Shown: piece by piece, positions 28,801 through 41,444 of the stretch
Layout of the letters: the number at the start of each line of letters is the position of its first letter
Position numbering within the stretch: position 1 is the stretch's first letter
Origin: Eledone cirrhosa
Taxonomy: Eukaryota
Assembly: GCA_964016885.1 (NCBI GenBank)
Contig: OZ024760.1
Coordinates: 34,100,001-34,164,000 of the forward strand
Direction of reading: 5' to 3'
DNA: 64,000 nt
The notes under the pieces: model-generated
Seen by the model: only the letters and a program-made list of their open reading frames with translations
Databases searched by the model: none
What the model was told of the DNA's origin: nothing
Translations under genes and position numbers: made by a program

Positions 28801-29180
28801 CATGTCTTCCCACGATTGTCATGTTTCTCACGCCGGCCATGTCCTCTCACGTCTGTTATGTCTTCTCACAACAGTCCCGTGTTCTCACGTCTGTCATGTC
28901 TTCTTGTTTCTGTCATGTCTTCTCGTGTCTGTCATGTCTTCTCGTGTCTATCATGTCTTCTCACGTCTGTCATTTGTTCTCGTGTCTGTCATGTATTCTA
29001 AAGTCTGTCCTCTCTTCTCGTGTCTGTCATGTCTTCTCGTGTCTGTCATGTCTTCTCACGTCTGCCATGTCTTCTCACGTCTGTCATGTCTTCCCACGTC
29101 TCTCATGTCTTCCCACGTCTGTCATGTCTTCTCACGTCTGTAATGTCTTCTCGCTTCTGTCATGTCTTCTCGCGTCTATT
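1876..29180. repeat. 19-bp satellite array (~27 kb, ~1400 monomers) with internal inversions
   Basis: Consensus GTCTTCTC(AC/GT)GTCTGTCAT. Orientation is + at 1876-~8820, - at ~8821-12600, + at ~12601-13042, - at ~13043-16469 and + at ~16470-29180. Confidence 0.98.
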
Positions 29181-29552
29181 CACGAAACACAAAACAATGT
29201 TGTCTACGATCGAGATGAAGCCAAGTCTTTATTTGAAATCATATAAAAATCAGAAAATTATCGCTAGAGCAGCCGATAAAACAGCTAAATGCTGTCAAAA
29301 AGAGCAATGGGCAAAGATTCCTCAGCGGGCAGAGACCAGCGGCCAGTGGTCAACAGAAAGACAATACACAAGGAGGCTAACAGGCAGATGAACTATAGAA
29401 ATGATTGAAAGAGGAGGAGCAGGACAAGGAGAAGTATGTTGGCACATAGAAGTGACTGGACGAAGGAAGTAAAGAAAGGCGATGTAGAAGACAAGTTTAC
29501 AGTCACATCTACAACCTCATCAGCTCTCAAACCACCAAATGGTTTCGCATGA

Positions 29553-29625
<73 letters not shown>

Positions 29626-29754
29626 CATACTAATTATTTTATGGTGTGTATGGAACATACACACCATACGCCCAGATCTGGCCATATCGACGAATTAAAA
29701 ACGTAAACTTTGTTCCACCATTATGTTTTCCTGTTTGTTTCTGTTCAAATTCTA

Positions 29755-29813
29755 GCTGCCTGATGAGGTCATAGCTGTTGAATAATGGTTATCACCGAAA
29801 TATATATTGCAGC
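29755..29813 (+). ncRNA. Type I hammerhead ribozyme motif (Penelope/retrozyme-type)
   Basis: GCTGC-CTGATGA-GGT C ATAGCTGTT gaat AATGGTTAT C ACC-GAAA-TATATA-TT-GCAGC. Stem I, both core boxes, stem II and a palindromic stem III are all present. Confidence 0.8.
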
Positions 29814-29951
29814 GAACATGAATAAATGAAGTTAATTTTAATCTGTTGACTTACACTTTTTGTTTTTTAAATTACTCCGGAGTAAACAGACCCACCTGCA
29901 CACTTTGAGTGCTCTACCCTGCATACTGAGGATGTCGGTAAGCAACACATA

Positions 29952-30031
<80 letters not shown>

Positions 30032-30187
30032 TGAATCCATACGTACATATATATATGTATGCATGTATGTATATATATATACATACTAATGTACGTCTGT
30101 ATACATATATGTATGTACGTGTACATACTTATATTTAAGTAACAGCCGTACTAAGAGTGGGAAATGAAATTTCGTTTCATTTTTTTC

Positions 30188-30301
<114 letters not shown>

Positions 30302-30971
30302 TCTGTGTTTCTGGAGGTAACATATAGAGAGTGATTTTAAACTGAGCATTGTTGGTACGTAGAGATGAACGTCAATCGACGGAGACTACTCTCGTAATTT
30401 CTCGTCCAAAACTAGTTCCGTGGGGAAGAGTTCGCCACCCGGGAAGCAGTATTCTACAGAGGGTTGCTAACTTATTCTCCAGATTCTAAAACGAGAAGGA
30501 AAGATTTTTTTTCTGTTGATCTCATAGTGATGATGGATATAGATGTAAGTGGATAAGAGTTGTACTTGATTCAGATAAAATGTTGCATTGACAGGTTCTT
30601 TTAACCTTTCAATGGGGGATTCGGTGTATTTTCACCCAATATTTTAGTACGTTTGCTAAAACCTCTGTGTCAGCCTTGCAACAACTTGTCAGTTTTCATT
30701 TAACATTTATGTATAACATTTAACATTTATGTATAACATTTAACATTTATATATTTATATATATATTGTGTAACATTTATGTTTTGTCATTTTGCATACC
30801 TGGTCAGTTTCATTTTGCATTTAACCTTTGTACGTGTGTCAATTTCTATAACATGCACTAAAGGGGTCTTTCATATGAAAATTTGGGGATTTGCTGTGCA
30901 TTTTGTGTGTGTGTGTGAGGACCACCGATCCTGAAAAGAAAGGGAGAAGGAAGAATAGAGAGAGGGTGAGA

Positions 30972-31069
<98 letters not shown>

Positions 31070-31197
31070 GAGAGAGAAAAGATCGTTGGCAGAAAACGCA
31101 GGCATAAATGGAAATGTTTTAGAAATATTTTGTGACATTGTAGGGTTCGAGACACACACATCTATATATCAAACACACGCACACACATACATAAATG

Positions 31198-31307
31198 TAT
31201 TTATTATTAGTACAGATTAAAGTTTAAGCAAAGAATTTCTGCTTTCACCCTATAAGAGGGAAAGCAGAAATTCTTTGCTTAAACTTTAATCTGAACTAAT
31301 AATAAAT
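31198..31307. repeat. ~50-bp-arm hairpin built from a dispersed repeat
   Basis: ATTAGTACAGATTAAAGTTTAAGCAAAGAATTTCTGCTTTC is followed by its reverse complement. The same arm occurs unfolded at ~41447-41490 and ~60038-60060. Confidence 0.8.
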
Positions 31308-31344
31308 ATTTGCTCTACGGGTTTATATAAACTTATATATATAT

Positions 31345-33067
31345 ATATAAAATAAAATAACAGGAGGCTGGACTGGTGTAAATCCTTGAAAGGTTTATTA
31401 TACTATGATTATTCCAATGACCGGGTTCCATATGAATCCGGTGATATCATCAGGTATTGGAATATAACAAAGGAATATGTAAAAAGCCAACTAGCTCCCT
31501 TTACCTCGGCCAGTCGCCCTCAAAGTGGTGACAACTGAATCTACTATGACCATCAGGTGAGGGGGCGAAGGCTTATAATGCACTACCACCTCTCCGTCAA
31601 GAAAAAGGGGAAGAAAGAAAGGAAGAAAAGAAGAAAAAAGAGAGAAAGAAGTCAGCGTAAGGGTCACACTACATTCATGCTAGAAAATGCCGCGAAAAAA
31701 ATGCTACTCCAAAGAATCTATAATGGGTGTCTGTATGGTCTAATGTGTGAACCGAAGATTGGAACATTAAAGTTATGTTGCGAGTTATAGGATGAAATAA
31801 AATTAAATAAAAAATATTAAATTGCAAAATGATAAATTGAAAATTAAATTATTAGAAAATTAAAGGTTAAGTTAGCGAGATTTATTTAATGAACTTACGG
31901 AGAGAGTCTTATATGAAAAAATTTATCTCGATAAGATATTAGGATGGGATATAGAGTAAAGATTTCGATTGCGAGTTCCAACCCCCCCACCACCACCACC
32001 ACCATGAGTCATAATAGTTATGCCTAAACCTGGAGTTTATAGGTGTAAGTATAATATGGCGGCCAAAACAGGCGGCGCGGTAGGACCGGGGCAAAGCAAG
32101 CCGCTCCGAGTAATTTCGTTTACCGAAAGAGGAGAAATTTATTTTTCCGAGCACTCAAGGAAGGCTGAACTTTCCGAGTGCCCAGCGCGCAGCCGGGAAA
32201 AGCTACCACATAAGTCGAAGGTAGCAACCCATTGAAAAGTGCAAATAAACCATAATTATTTTAAAGTCCCAGTTAGTCCGGGTTATAAGTAGTGTGGTTC
32301 TTAGGTGGGTAGGGGGCTATGAAAGGTGCATAATGACCTGAGTAAGGAAAGTTACAAAAAATTAATAAAAGCAGGATACAAATATAAAATACAAATATAA
32401 GGATAGAATACATTGATAAAAATACATTAATAAAATAATAAAAAATTAATAAAGGTAAATAACTAGGGATGTAGAAAGACGGAAGTATATAAGAACGTAT
32501 CGGAGGAATCACAGTGTAGGGGAAATACAATATAGATCAAGTTATCGTAAGATAATACAGGTTGTACATATAGATATAGAGGATGGAGGAGATGGAATGG
32601 TAACAGGTTGTACCTAGTGTAAAGTTCGGGTCTCTGAATTCAGTGTGAGTCACAAAAAGTCCTGAGGTATAGAGTCAAGAATTCAGTCAATACAATACAT
32701 GTTTTAGTATAATACGTAGAGTTTTGTCGGAATCGGAATCATCCCGACAAGGAAGTAGTATCAGGTGGCGGTAGATAAAGCACAGAGCAGCCAAAATATT
32801 TTTACATATTCCTTTGTTATATTCCAATACCTGATGTTACCACCGGATTCATATGAAATGATCATAGTATAATAAACCTTTCAAGGATTTACACCAGTCC
32901 AGCCTCCTGTTATTTTATTTTATTTATAATTAACTCCGCATTCGCACCACCAACTACACAAACGAAGATGGGTGAACTGCACTACGTTGAGTACTCTCCA
33001 CAATATTACACCAAGATTGACCATACGGAATGACCAATTCTATCCAGTGGTGAACCAACAAACCTAA

Positions 33068-33070
<3 letters not shown>
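31345..33070. mobile_element. Non-autonomous Penelope-like element with ~135-bp inverted terminal copies carrying degenerate hammerheads
   Basis: 31345-31485 is the reverse complement of 32797-32925. The left arm on the minus strand reads ATAC-CTGATGA-TAT C ACCGG..CCGGT C ATT-GGAA-TAATCA-TA-GTAT. The right arm reads CTGATGT..GAAA-TGATCA-TA-GTAT. Both ends abut (TA)n. Confidence 0.6.
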
Positions 33071-33149
<79 letters not shown>

Positions 33150-33508
33150 AAAGTTATATTTAAATTGTTGGGTTAACAACGAGTAAATATTTATAACTGA
33201 TATAAAAGCACTCAACAAGTATTTGGAGTATATTTATGATATTAATCTCTATCTATCTCTTTCTTTTTTCCTCTCTCTATATATCTCTCTCTGTTTCTTT
33301 ACATGAAGTTCTTCTCTTTATCTATCTTTCTATATCTCTCTATTTAGTCACATGCATTTCTTCTTTTTCTTCGTTTTTCTTTCTTTCTTTCTTTCTCTCT
33401 TTCTTTTTACAACTGTCCACAATATTTTTTACTGCCAAATCAACTTCCCAAATGCAAGTCGATTGAAAGGTTTGTCGTATCTATTTATTTATAAGACTGT
33501 TTATATTG

Positions 33509-33574
33509 TATTTTGTCTGAAGAAGGCATAACATATTGTTAATATGATATCCCTGAAATATATATAATGAAATA
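33509..33574 (+). ncRNA. Type I hammerhead ribozyme motif
   Basis: TATTTTGT-CTGAAGA-AGG C ATAACATATT gtt AATATGATAT C CCT-GAAA-TATATA-TA-ATGAAATA. The downstream flank is homologous to the copy at 59476-59538. Confidence 0.75.
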
Positions 33575-34380
33575 AATATTGTTTTATAAATATAGTTTCC
33601 ATTTATTTAATATCATATATATATATATATATACACAATCCTTATTGAGCTCTCTTCGGATTTTGGTCTTCGTAATGATTATTACTATATATATAGGGTT
33701 AGGGTTAGGTTATATATATGATACATGTATATGTGTGTGTAAATAATTGTTTCTACTTTTGGCACAAGGCAAGCAATTACCCAATGTATTACTGATACCG
33801 TAAGGATGAAAGGCAAAGTCAACCTCGGCGGGATTTGAACTTAGATCGTAAAGGGAATTAACTATTGTGTAAATAATGTTTAATAATTGAAACTATTTCA
33901 AAACATTGGTCACCACCACCCACCCATCTCTTTTGTCTTTTAATTGTATTTTACGAATTCCAAAAAAAATAAAAAGTATAGAACAATTTTTCTGAGAGTC
34001 TAGTGATCATGTAACAGACGGACAAAAACCTCCAGCACAATTCTTCTAATATAGATTAATAATGACTCAGCTCAGACATTTAAACAGTTTTATTTTATTT
34101 AGTTTCACACTGATAACAAAGGTTTCTGGTTTGAATTCTTGGTCCATGCCGTCTAATTTCATCTCCTAATGTCAAAAGATGAGTTTTCCCAAAGAACTCT
34201 TCTTATAACGTATTCGTTACCACATTCTATAATTTTCAGATCATTGAAAAAAATATATATTTAAGAGTTTCGTGTGGTGGGGATTTGTCGTTATTTAACT
34301 GGGTTTTGGAACATAACTTAATAAAGTGTCTTACATAAAATTATGATGGAAAAGCTTTCAGATAAATATAAATACTTTAA

Positions 34381-34610
34381 CCCTTTGTTACCACATTTCT
34401 AGTGAAAAACACTTCCGATAATTTACAAATCATTTTGAAAGTAATCAAGAATTTGGAGAGATTTAGTAACACATTTCCTCATTATTAAGCTGGTGTTTGG
34501 AACATAACTTAACAAGGGTCCTCACGTAAAATTATGATGGAAACGTTTTTAGATAAATATAATCACTTAAAGATAATCGTAGAACCAGCGTCGGTTTAGT
34601 AAGAAAAGGG
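34381..34610. mobile_element. piggyBac-type MITE (230 bp)
   Basis: TTAA|CCCTTTGTTAC...GTAAGAAAAGGG|TTAA. A degenerate copy lies just upstream (~34210-34376) and related fragments at ~37200-37290 and ~62960-63090. Confidence 0.65.
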
Positions 34611-34799
34611 TTAATTTTAAGGGTCACGGCTTGATTTTATCAACAATATGACTTATTTTGTACATTCTTGAGATTCACATTTCAAATAATTTCTAAATAT
34701 GATATAAAGTGATGTTGTGGAGTTCATCTTTGCTTGATGATAATAGATTGTCTGGGGAAAGTCTGGATCTGCTTGATATAGTGAGTACATTGTTGAAAT

Positions 34800-35146
34800 T
34801 CATATTTCAAACCATTCAGGAGCATGATCAGTGAAGTTGTGGAATTCATCTTTTCCCGATACTAATACAGTGGCTGGGAAAGTACGTGGCCTGTTTGGGT
34901 CTTGGACCGGGTAAGCACTGGTAGAAACATATCGAACGACAAAACCACATCGACGGCGATCAGAAAGGTTTGGTTCACTGCCATGGACTGTTAAGCCATG
35001 ATGTAATGACATTTCACCTGCATTCAGTGGGCATGGCACAGCCTTCTCAACATTGAACAAATTAAAAGGTATTTCTTGATTCGAAGTCAGTAAATTGCCC
35101 TTTTCTTTAGCTTCGGTGTGCTCCAAAATTCCAAATTTGTGGGAAC
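34800..35146 (-). CDS. PhyH-family Fe(II)/2OG dioxygenase, exon 4 (last)
   Basis: ccag acceptor. Encodes GSHKFGILEH...CPLNAGEMSLHHGLTVHGSEPNLSDRRRCGFVVRY...WFEI-stop, with the distal Fe-binding His (HGS) and the 2OG-binding Arg region. Phase matches exon 3. Confidence 0.93.
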
Positions 35147-35413
35147 CTGGACAAATACGGAAAAATAAATAAATAAATGAATAAACAATTGTTTTTGTTT
35201 TTTTTAATTTAAATTGTTTACGTAGCATCGGACGAATTTGAAAGTATGTTTGCTTTTTGTAAAGCTGCCGCAACGCAAGTTAACTAAAAAATATTTGAAT
35301 AAGTCGAGAAACTAACCCCTGGAGACGGAAAAAAGTAAGCAGAACCGTTTGTTGGATTTGAACCGCACATCCATCGTCGTATTCTGGTCGACTGCGATAT
35401 GTTCGTCTCTGGC

Positions 35414-35727
35414 AGTCTGTTAGTCAGGGTCATCTTAACTGACCAGTAAAAACCCATCTCTGGTACTCAATAGTCTGTTAGTTAGGGTCACCTTAGCTGA
35501 GCAGTAAAAACACATCTCTGGTCCTCAACAGTTTGTTAGTCAGTGTCACCTTAGCTGAGCAGTAAAAACTCAGCTCTGGCCCTCAATAGTCTGTTAGTCA
35601 GGGTTACCTTACCTGAGCAGTAAAAACACACCTCTGGCCCTCAATAGTCTGTTAGTCAGGGTTACTTTAGCTGACCAGTAAAAACACATCTCTGGCCCTC
35701 AACAGTCTGTAAGTCAGGGTCACTCGG
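35414..35727. repeat. 58-bp intronic minisatellite (~5 copies)
   Basis: AGTCTGTTAGTCAGGGTCACCTTAGCTGAGCAGTAAAAACACATCTCTGG... recurs at 35472, 35530, 35588 and 35646. Confidence 0.9.
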
Positions 35728-35883
35728 ATACTCGGATCTGTTTTAAACCCCAGTCCACATCTTGCTTCCGTCCTATCATTGACTCCACTCCAAGAATTAC
35801 AATAAACACAACCTGGGAAGTAATCCATCTTTTTGAACCCCGAACAATTAAAATAAAAAATTTTTTTTCCATAACATCTCAAC

Positions 35884-36531
35884 CTTTTACTCCACATATT
35901 AACAGCCACCATGTTGTCTTACTCCACATGTTAACAGCACCATGTCGCCTTACTCCACATGTTAACAACACCATGTTGTCTTACTCCACATGTTAACAGC
36001 GCCATGTTGTCTTACTCCACATGTTAACAGCCCCATGTCGCCTTACTCCACATGTTAACAGCACCATGTTGTTTTACTCCACATGTTAACAGCACAATGT
36101 TGTCTTACTCCACATGTTAACAGCCACCATGTTGTATTACTCCACATGTTAACAGCCACCATGTTGCATTATACCACATGTTAACAGCCACCATGTTGTC
36201 TTGCTCCACATGTTAACAGCCACCATGTTGCCTTACACTACATGTTAACAGCCACCATGTTGCCTTACACAACATGTTAACAGCCATCATTTTGCCTTAC
36301 TCCACATGTTAACAACCACCATGTTGCCTTACACTACATGTTAGCAGCCACCATGTTGCTTTACACTACATGTTAACAGCCACCATGTTGCCTTACACTA
36401 CATGTTAACAGCTTCCATGTTGTCTTACTCTACATGTTACAGCCTCCATGTCATGTTAACAGTCACCATGTTGTCTTCCACTACATGTTAACAGTTACCG
36501 TGTCTTATACTACATGTTAACAGTCACCATG
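35884..36531. repeat. 31-32-bp intronic minisatellite (~20 copies)
   Basis: Unit TTACTCCACATGTTAACAGCCACCATGTTGTC. Confidence 0.92.
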
Positions 36532-36575
36532 TAGTTTAGATTGAGAGAACAATCAGGCGGCGACAGTCTACTTAC

Positions 36576-36664
36576 CTGGAATAACCTTCATACATCCATT
36601 ATCGATATCAGCTTTATCAACAGCAAGCCACACAGTTATTACATCCCCGTCGACACCCCAATAC
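36576..36664 (-). CDS. PhyH-family dioxygenase, exon 3
   Basis: cag/GTAAGT boundaries, 89 nt. Encodes (R)YWGVDGDVITVWLAVDKADIDNGCMKVIP(G), the typical PhyH W-x-A-x-D...NGC...IPGSH motif. Confidence 0.93.
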
Positions 36665-36822
36665 CTGCAAAAACAAATTCAACAGGTTTTTTACAAAATC
36701 TTAACATTTTTTAAACACAATTCGTCACTTAAACACTTTTAACATGAAACCATTTAAAACTGCCCCTGGTTCTATGATACAAATCTATTTCTAAGCTGTC
36801 TGTTTTAAAGTGTATATACAGA

Positions 36823-37152
36823 GTGAAGGTGCGTGGCTTTGTGGTTAGGGTATTCGGCTCACGATTGTAAGGTTGTGAGTTCAACTCCCGACAGCGCGCT
36901 GTGTCCTTCAGCAAGAGACTTTATTTCACGTTACTCCAGTCCACTCAGCTGGTAAAACTGAGTTGGAAGGGCCAGCCTTGCCACATTATCTATAGTTACA
37001 AGGACCAGCCTTGCCACACTGATTCACGCTGAATCTCCCTGAGAACTATATCAAGGGTACACGTGTCTGTGGAATGTTCAGTTATTTGCACGTTAATTTC
37101 ATCTGTTGATCGTATCGACTGGAACACTCCTCGTCGTAACCGACGGGGTGCC
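36823..37152 (+). mobile_element. tRNA-derived SINE, family A
   Basis: A-box-like GTGGCTTTGTGGTTAGG, B-box-like GAGTTCAACTCC and core GTGTCCTTCAGCAAGAGACTTTATTTCACGTTACTCCAGTCCACTCAGCTGG. Related copies at ~41755-41830(-), ~44570-44895(-), ~46036-46310(-), ~47340-47470(+) and ~56481-56750(+). Confidence 0.8.
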
Positions 37153-37547
37153 TCTAATCTTTAGTATATATAGTATTTATCCATCATAGTTTTATGTAAG
37201 AACCTTTGTTACGTTATGTTCCAAACACCAGATTAATAATGGGACAATTAGTTATGTTACTAAATCACTCAAAATTATTTAGAAATCCTATATTAAGAAT
37301 ATAGGAACGAAAGAATAAGCAATGCCAATATCAGATCTGTCAACTCTCCCCGTTCGACGGGGAGATCTCCCACCCCACTTTGGAGTGGGTGAGAGATGTG
37401 AAAATGGGTATAGCTTTTATTATGTAAAATCTCCCCAGTTTGCCTAATTTCTCCCCGTTTTGGGGCACTTTTTTTCATGGTACTCCCCGTTTGGGTTTTC
37501 AGAGGTTGGCAGGTCTGCAATATTAAACAAATGTCAACTTCTCTTAC

Positions 37548-37764
37548 CTGATATCTTGATGCCAAGCAACGTATTGTTTAGCACCGTCTTTTCTAGAAGT
37601 GTCTTTCTCTGGATATTTGCAGATGAAACGAGAGTCCAACACGAAGATGTTATCTCCAAGAATGGTGCGGAGAGGATGTAAAACGTTCCGATGAGCAGCT
37701 AATTTCATCACCCAGGGAAACGTCGTGTGGACATTATGGAGAGAATATTGAGAGTTCTCTTTAC
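37548..37764 (-). CDS. PhyH-family dioxygenase, exon 2
   Basis: tttcag/GTAAG boundaries, 217 nt. Encodes GKENSQYSLHNVHTTFPWVMKLAAHRNVLHPLRTILGDNIFVLDSRFICKYP...YVAWHQDI(R), containing the H-x-D iron motif. Confidence 0.93.
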
Positions 37765-37939
37765 CTGAAAAAGGTATTTATTTATTCATTTAGATTTTTA
37801 ATTATTAAAGCAGTTAATATTCAGATGTTACCTGCTGGAACTACATAGGTGTGAGGCGAAATATCTGAAAGAAAAGACTGATACAGCTTGGTACCAGTCA
37901 TTTTATAACTTATATACACATTATATACACTATGTACAC

Positions 37940-37989
<50 letters not shown>

Positions 37990-38017
37990 ATCAAAAGATG
38001 GTTAAAGGAGTTCCATG

Positions 38018-38088
38018 TATTTTATTATGCGCATTTCAAAAACAAACATCATCATGCAATAATATTTGTGTTTTCATCAGATAAAACA
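38018..38088 (-). ncRNA. Type I hammerhead ribozyme motif (sense to PhyH pre-mRNA)
   Basis: Reverse complement of 38195-38265. Confidence 0.75.
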
Positions 38089-38194
38089 GGAGAACATGAT
38101 ATGAAGGCTAAAAAACACTTGTGGATAGTGCAGTTTTAAATCAACATCACTGCACTATCCACAAGTGTTTTTTAGCCTTCATATCATGTTCTCC

Positions 38195-38265
38195 TGTTTT
38201 ATCTGATGAAAACACAAATATTATTGCATGATGATGTTTGTTTTTGAAATGCGCATAATAAAATA
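38195..38265 (+). ncRNA. Type I hammerhead ribozyme motif
   Basis: TGTTTTAT-CTGATGA-AAA C ACAAATATT...ATGTTTGT T TTT-GAAA-TGCGCA-TA-ATAAAATA. Confidence 0.78.
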
Positions 38266-38386
38266 CATTGAACTCCTTTAACCATCTTTTGATCTTATAT
38301 TATGTATACTCCAGTCCTACAAACTGTAGAGTGCTTCTTATCCGATATCTGCATTGCTTTATTGTACTACAATAAAACTCACCTCC

Positions 38387-38417
<31 letters not shown>

Positions 38418-38609
38418 AAGAGTCGGGATCCTGACGGCTGAGCTCTTGCACACACATACATACACACACATACATACATATATATATAGTGGCTGCCCCT
38501 CGTTATCGAGTATGGCCATTGCACGAGAAGAAAAAAATAATAATAAAAATAATAATAATAACAACAATAATAATAACGACAACAACAACAACAACAATAA
38601 TAATATACA

Positions 38610-38720
<111 letters not shown>

Positions 38721-38728
38721 GATAGCAA

Positions 38729-40135
38729 TTAACAGCGCTGCGATCGAATGTGGTTTTTTAGCTCAGCCAATGATCTAAAATGTCTTGCACAGAGTTGGCA
38801 ACCAAAACATTCACTGGCTGTAGCCGGCTGTGGTTGGAGTTCATGTACTTTTGCATGTCGTTTGAGCCCTCCTGCTGATTTACATTCTCTACTACATGCT
38901 TGGTAAGCATGATGAGTAGCATCTCCAACAACAGCCTGGTAGTCAATCACTGATCTTACTTTATGACTGCGAAGATGACTTTCGAGTCCAGCTCTGCTTA
39001 GGCAGAGTCTCGCACAGACGCTGCATGTCAGCGCCATAGGAGGACCTTCGCCGTCTGGAAATGCAACAGTAATGCCCTTCCTCGCATCCCGCTTTACTTT
39101 CTCGTATGCGATTCGAGATGCCTCAAAGGCAACTTTCCTCTCATATACAGTCTTTCTCTATTTGTTACGATCAGCAGCAACATTTTCCCATGTATCAGCA
39201 GAGATGTTAGCGTCTTTCAAAAAGGCTTTCAACGAATCCTTATACCTCTTTTTTGGTTTATATGGAGGTCGTTTTCCTTTAACTAACTTTCCATAAAAGA
39301 GTTGTTTTGGTATTCTAGAATCCTTACCCTGGCAAGGTGACCACACCAACGGAATCTTTGCTTGAGCACAAAAGCTTCTATACTGTCACACAGAGAGCTT
39401 TCTAAAATCTCGACATCACTGATGTGGTCGCTCCAGTGAACGCCATGGATCCGTCTGAGACACATCTGATGGAAATGCTCCAATTGCTTAAGGTGGTGTT
39501 GATATGTGACCCAGGTCTCGCAGGCATAAAGAAGAGAAGAGAGTACACATGCCTTGTACACATTTACCATTGTCTTCTTGCATATGTCTCGCCGACCCCA
39601 GAGTCGCCTTTCTAGCTTTCCGAAAGCATCACTTGCTTTCCTTATCCTGAGTGAGATTTCATTATCAAGGTTGCTGGATTGGCAGTATCGGTAGAGGGTT
39701 GGACGCCATGCTTTCCAGCATAGTTACGTCCCTTTACGATCTGAGTTCAAATCCCGCCGAGGTTAACTTTGCCTTTCATCCTTACAGGGTCGATAAAATA
39801 AAGTACCAGTAATGCACTGGCCTTGTGCCAAAAGTAGAAACAATTATGAAGATTGCTGTATCGATTGACAGTGCTTCCCAGGTAGACAAACTGATCAACC
39901 ACTCCAAATCGTTTACCATACACATAGATATTTGGTTCACTGTACTGTTTACCAGGGGAAGGTTGGTACATGACGACGGTTTTCTTGAGACTGACAGTCA
40001 ACCCTAGGGCAGTGTAAGCATCAGAAAATGCATTCAAAATGTGCTGCAATAGCACTCTCTGTGTGTACTACAAGATCGCAATCATCTGCATACAAGAGGT
40101 CTCTTATGAGTGATGTAAATACTTTTGTTTTTTGC
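38729..40135 (-). mobile_element. 5'-truncated, frameshifted RTE-clade LINE (RT C-terminal half plus C2H2 tail)
   Basis: Fragments DLLYADDCDLV, GLTVSLKKTVVM, FVYLGS, VYKACVLSSLLYACETW, FHQMCLRRI, RWCGHLAR, RIPKQLFYG...KKRYKDSLK, then C-terminal CSVCARLCLSRAGLESHLRSH. Confidence 0.92.
39676..39842 (+). mobile_element. SINE, family B, inserted into the RTE LINE
   Basis: Contains the B-box GAGTTCAAATCC. Flanked by an imperfect 15-bp TSD: ATTATCAAGGTTGCT (39661-39675) and ATTATGAAGATTGCT (39843-39857). Same family at ~33748-33860 and 60466-60989. Confidence 0.85.
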
Positions 40136-40349
40136 AGCAAATATATATGTATGTATATATATATATATATATTGTTATATTTGGGGAGGGTCATGTTGTT
40201 ATAATATTGCCAGAAATATATAATAAAATACTCACAGAAGCGAAAACCAACCCAACACAAACAATGAGTGTGTTTGTTTCAACAGACGATTTCATATCAA
40301 AAACCTTGCAAAACAAATTCATCGCCATCACAGCCCAAACTTATAGATA

Positions 40350-40380
<31 letters not shown>

Positions 40381-40386
<6 letters not shown>

Positions 40387-40677
40387 AGAAATTAAAAGTT
40401 GGTTAAAAATGTTCCATATATTTTATTATGCGCATTTCGAAAACAACATCATCCTGGGACAAAAATTGTATCATGTTACCTTATTTTATCTGATGAGAAC
40501 ACAATGTTTGTCCCAGGATGATGTTGTTTTCGAAATGCGCATAATAAAATATATGGAACTTTTTTAACCATATTTTAATTTCTTCTTTAATATATACTCC
40601 AGTTCTACCAACTGTTGAGTGCTACTTATCGGATATATGCATAGTTTTATTGTTCTACAATATTACTCACCTTCTTC

Positions 40678-40680
<3 letters not shown>
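40381..40680. mobile_element. Second fold-back pLTR fragment, same family as 37983-38390
   Basis: 40381-40469 is inverted against 40501-40589. The tail is homologous to 38301-38390, and (TA)n lies on both sides. Confidence 0.78.
40482..40551 (+). ncRNA. Type I hammerhead ribozyme motif
   Basis: TATTTTAT-CTGATGA-GAA C ACAATG...TGTTGT T TTC-GAAA-TGCGCA-TA-ATAAAATA. Confidence 0.8.
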
Positions 40681-40719
<39 letters not shown>

Positions 40720-41377
40720 AAAAGTTATGAAACGAAAGGAGCTGTGTGGTTACTAAAAACAAGGTTTAGGATGGTGGTTAGGACGGAACAGGAGGAGAAA
40801 GGAAGAAAGGAGTTTCCATCGTCAGCTGTAAATGTATCCCGAACCGATGTTTCGGCGCTGAATTACAGGACATCGGTGTAGTTCGGGTGCGTCCGAGGCC
40901 TTTTATTAATCAAAAGACCTGGGGGAAAAGGAGACAGAAAGAGAGAAAAAAAAGGAGAGAGAAAAGGAAAGCGAGGGAAAGGAGGAAGAACAGGGGAGGG
41001 GGGGAGATGAGGAGCGAGGAAGAAGGGGAAACATAGTAAAGGAATAGAAGAAAAAAAAGTGAACAGATCCCATCGTGGGAAGACACAGGTGAAAGAAACA
41101 TGCAAAAAAGTAACCGTGGAAAAATAGGGAAAGTAAGTTGTGGCCAACCTGGGAGACTTTAGCCTGGTGGTCAGCTACGACTCAGAGCTGGTATAATCGT
41201 GCTGCCTCTCACATAGACAGGAGAAAGTGAGAGAGTGACACGGGCAACCAAAAGTGAGATAATCCAGAAGGGTTTTTTTTACGCCGGTGGTAAAAACGTG
41301 CCGCAAAGATTGCGGACAGAGAGGCCACCATGGCACGTGTAAACATGTCAACAATCAAAACCGAATGGATGGATAGA

Positions 41378-41444
<67 letters not shown>

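Larger units (their letters stand above)
37983..38390. mobile_element. Fold-back Penelope-like pLTR fragment: 152-bp inverted arms, 14-nt loop, ~90-nt unpaired tail, inserted in (TA)n
   Basis: 37983-38134 is the reverse complement of 38149-38300 (1 mismatch seen). Each arm contains a hammerhead. Confidence 0.8.

Noticed and set aside
1895-29246. Dozens of long Ser/Cys/His/Val-rich ORFs (up to 705 aa)
   Set aside because: They translate a 19-bp satellite that lacks stops on one strand. They occur in all three frames and flip with array orientation.
29200-29391. Possible Tc1 transposase remnant (CQKEQWAKIPQ) at the satellite edge
   Set aside because: It is a single short motif with no TIR found.
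33694-33712. TAGGGTTAGGGTTAGGTTA telomere-like repeat next to a Penelope-type end
   Set aside because: Fewer than three units, so it is not distinguishable from chance or a TE-internal motif.
36823-36895. tRNA gene
   Set aside because: The A/B boxes continue into a SINE body seen in several copies, and there is no complete cloverleaf.
40813-40887. Minus-strand hammerhead-like pieces (ACCGATGTC/GAAACATCGGT, CTGTAA/TTACAG-CTGACGA)
   Set aside because: The elements are in an order that cannot form a standard monomeric fold and stem II is missing. It may be a rearranged remnant.
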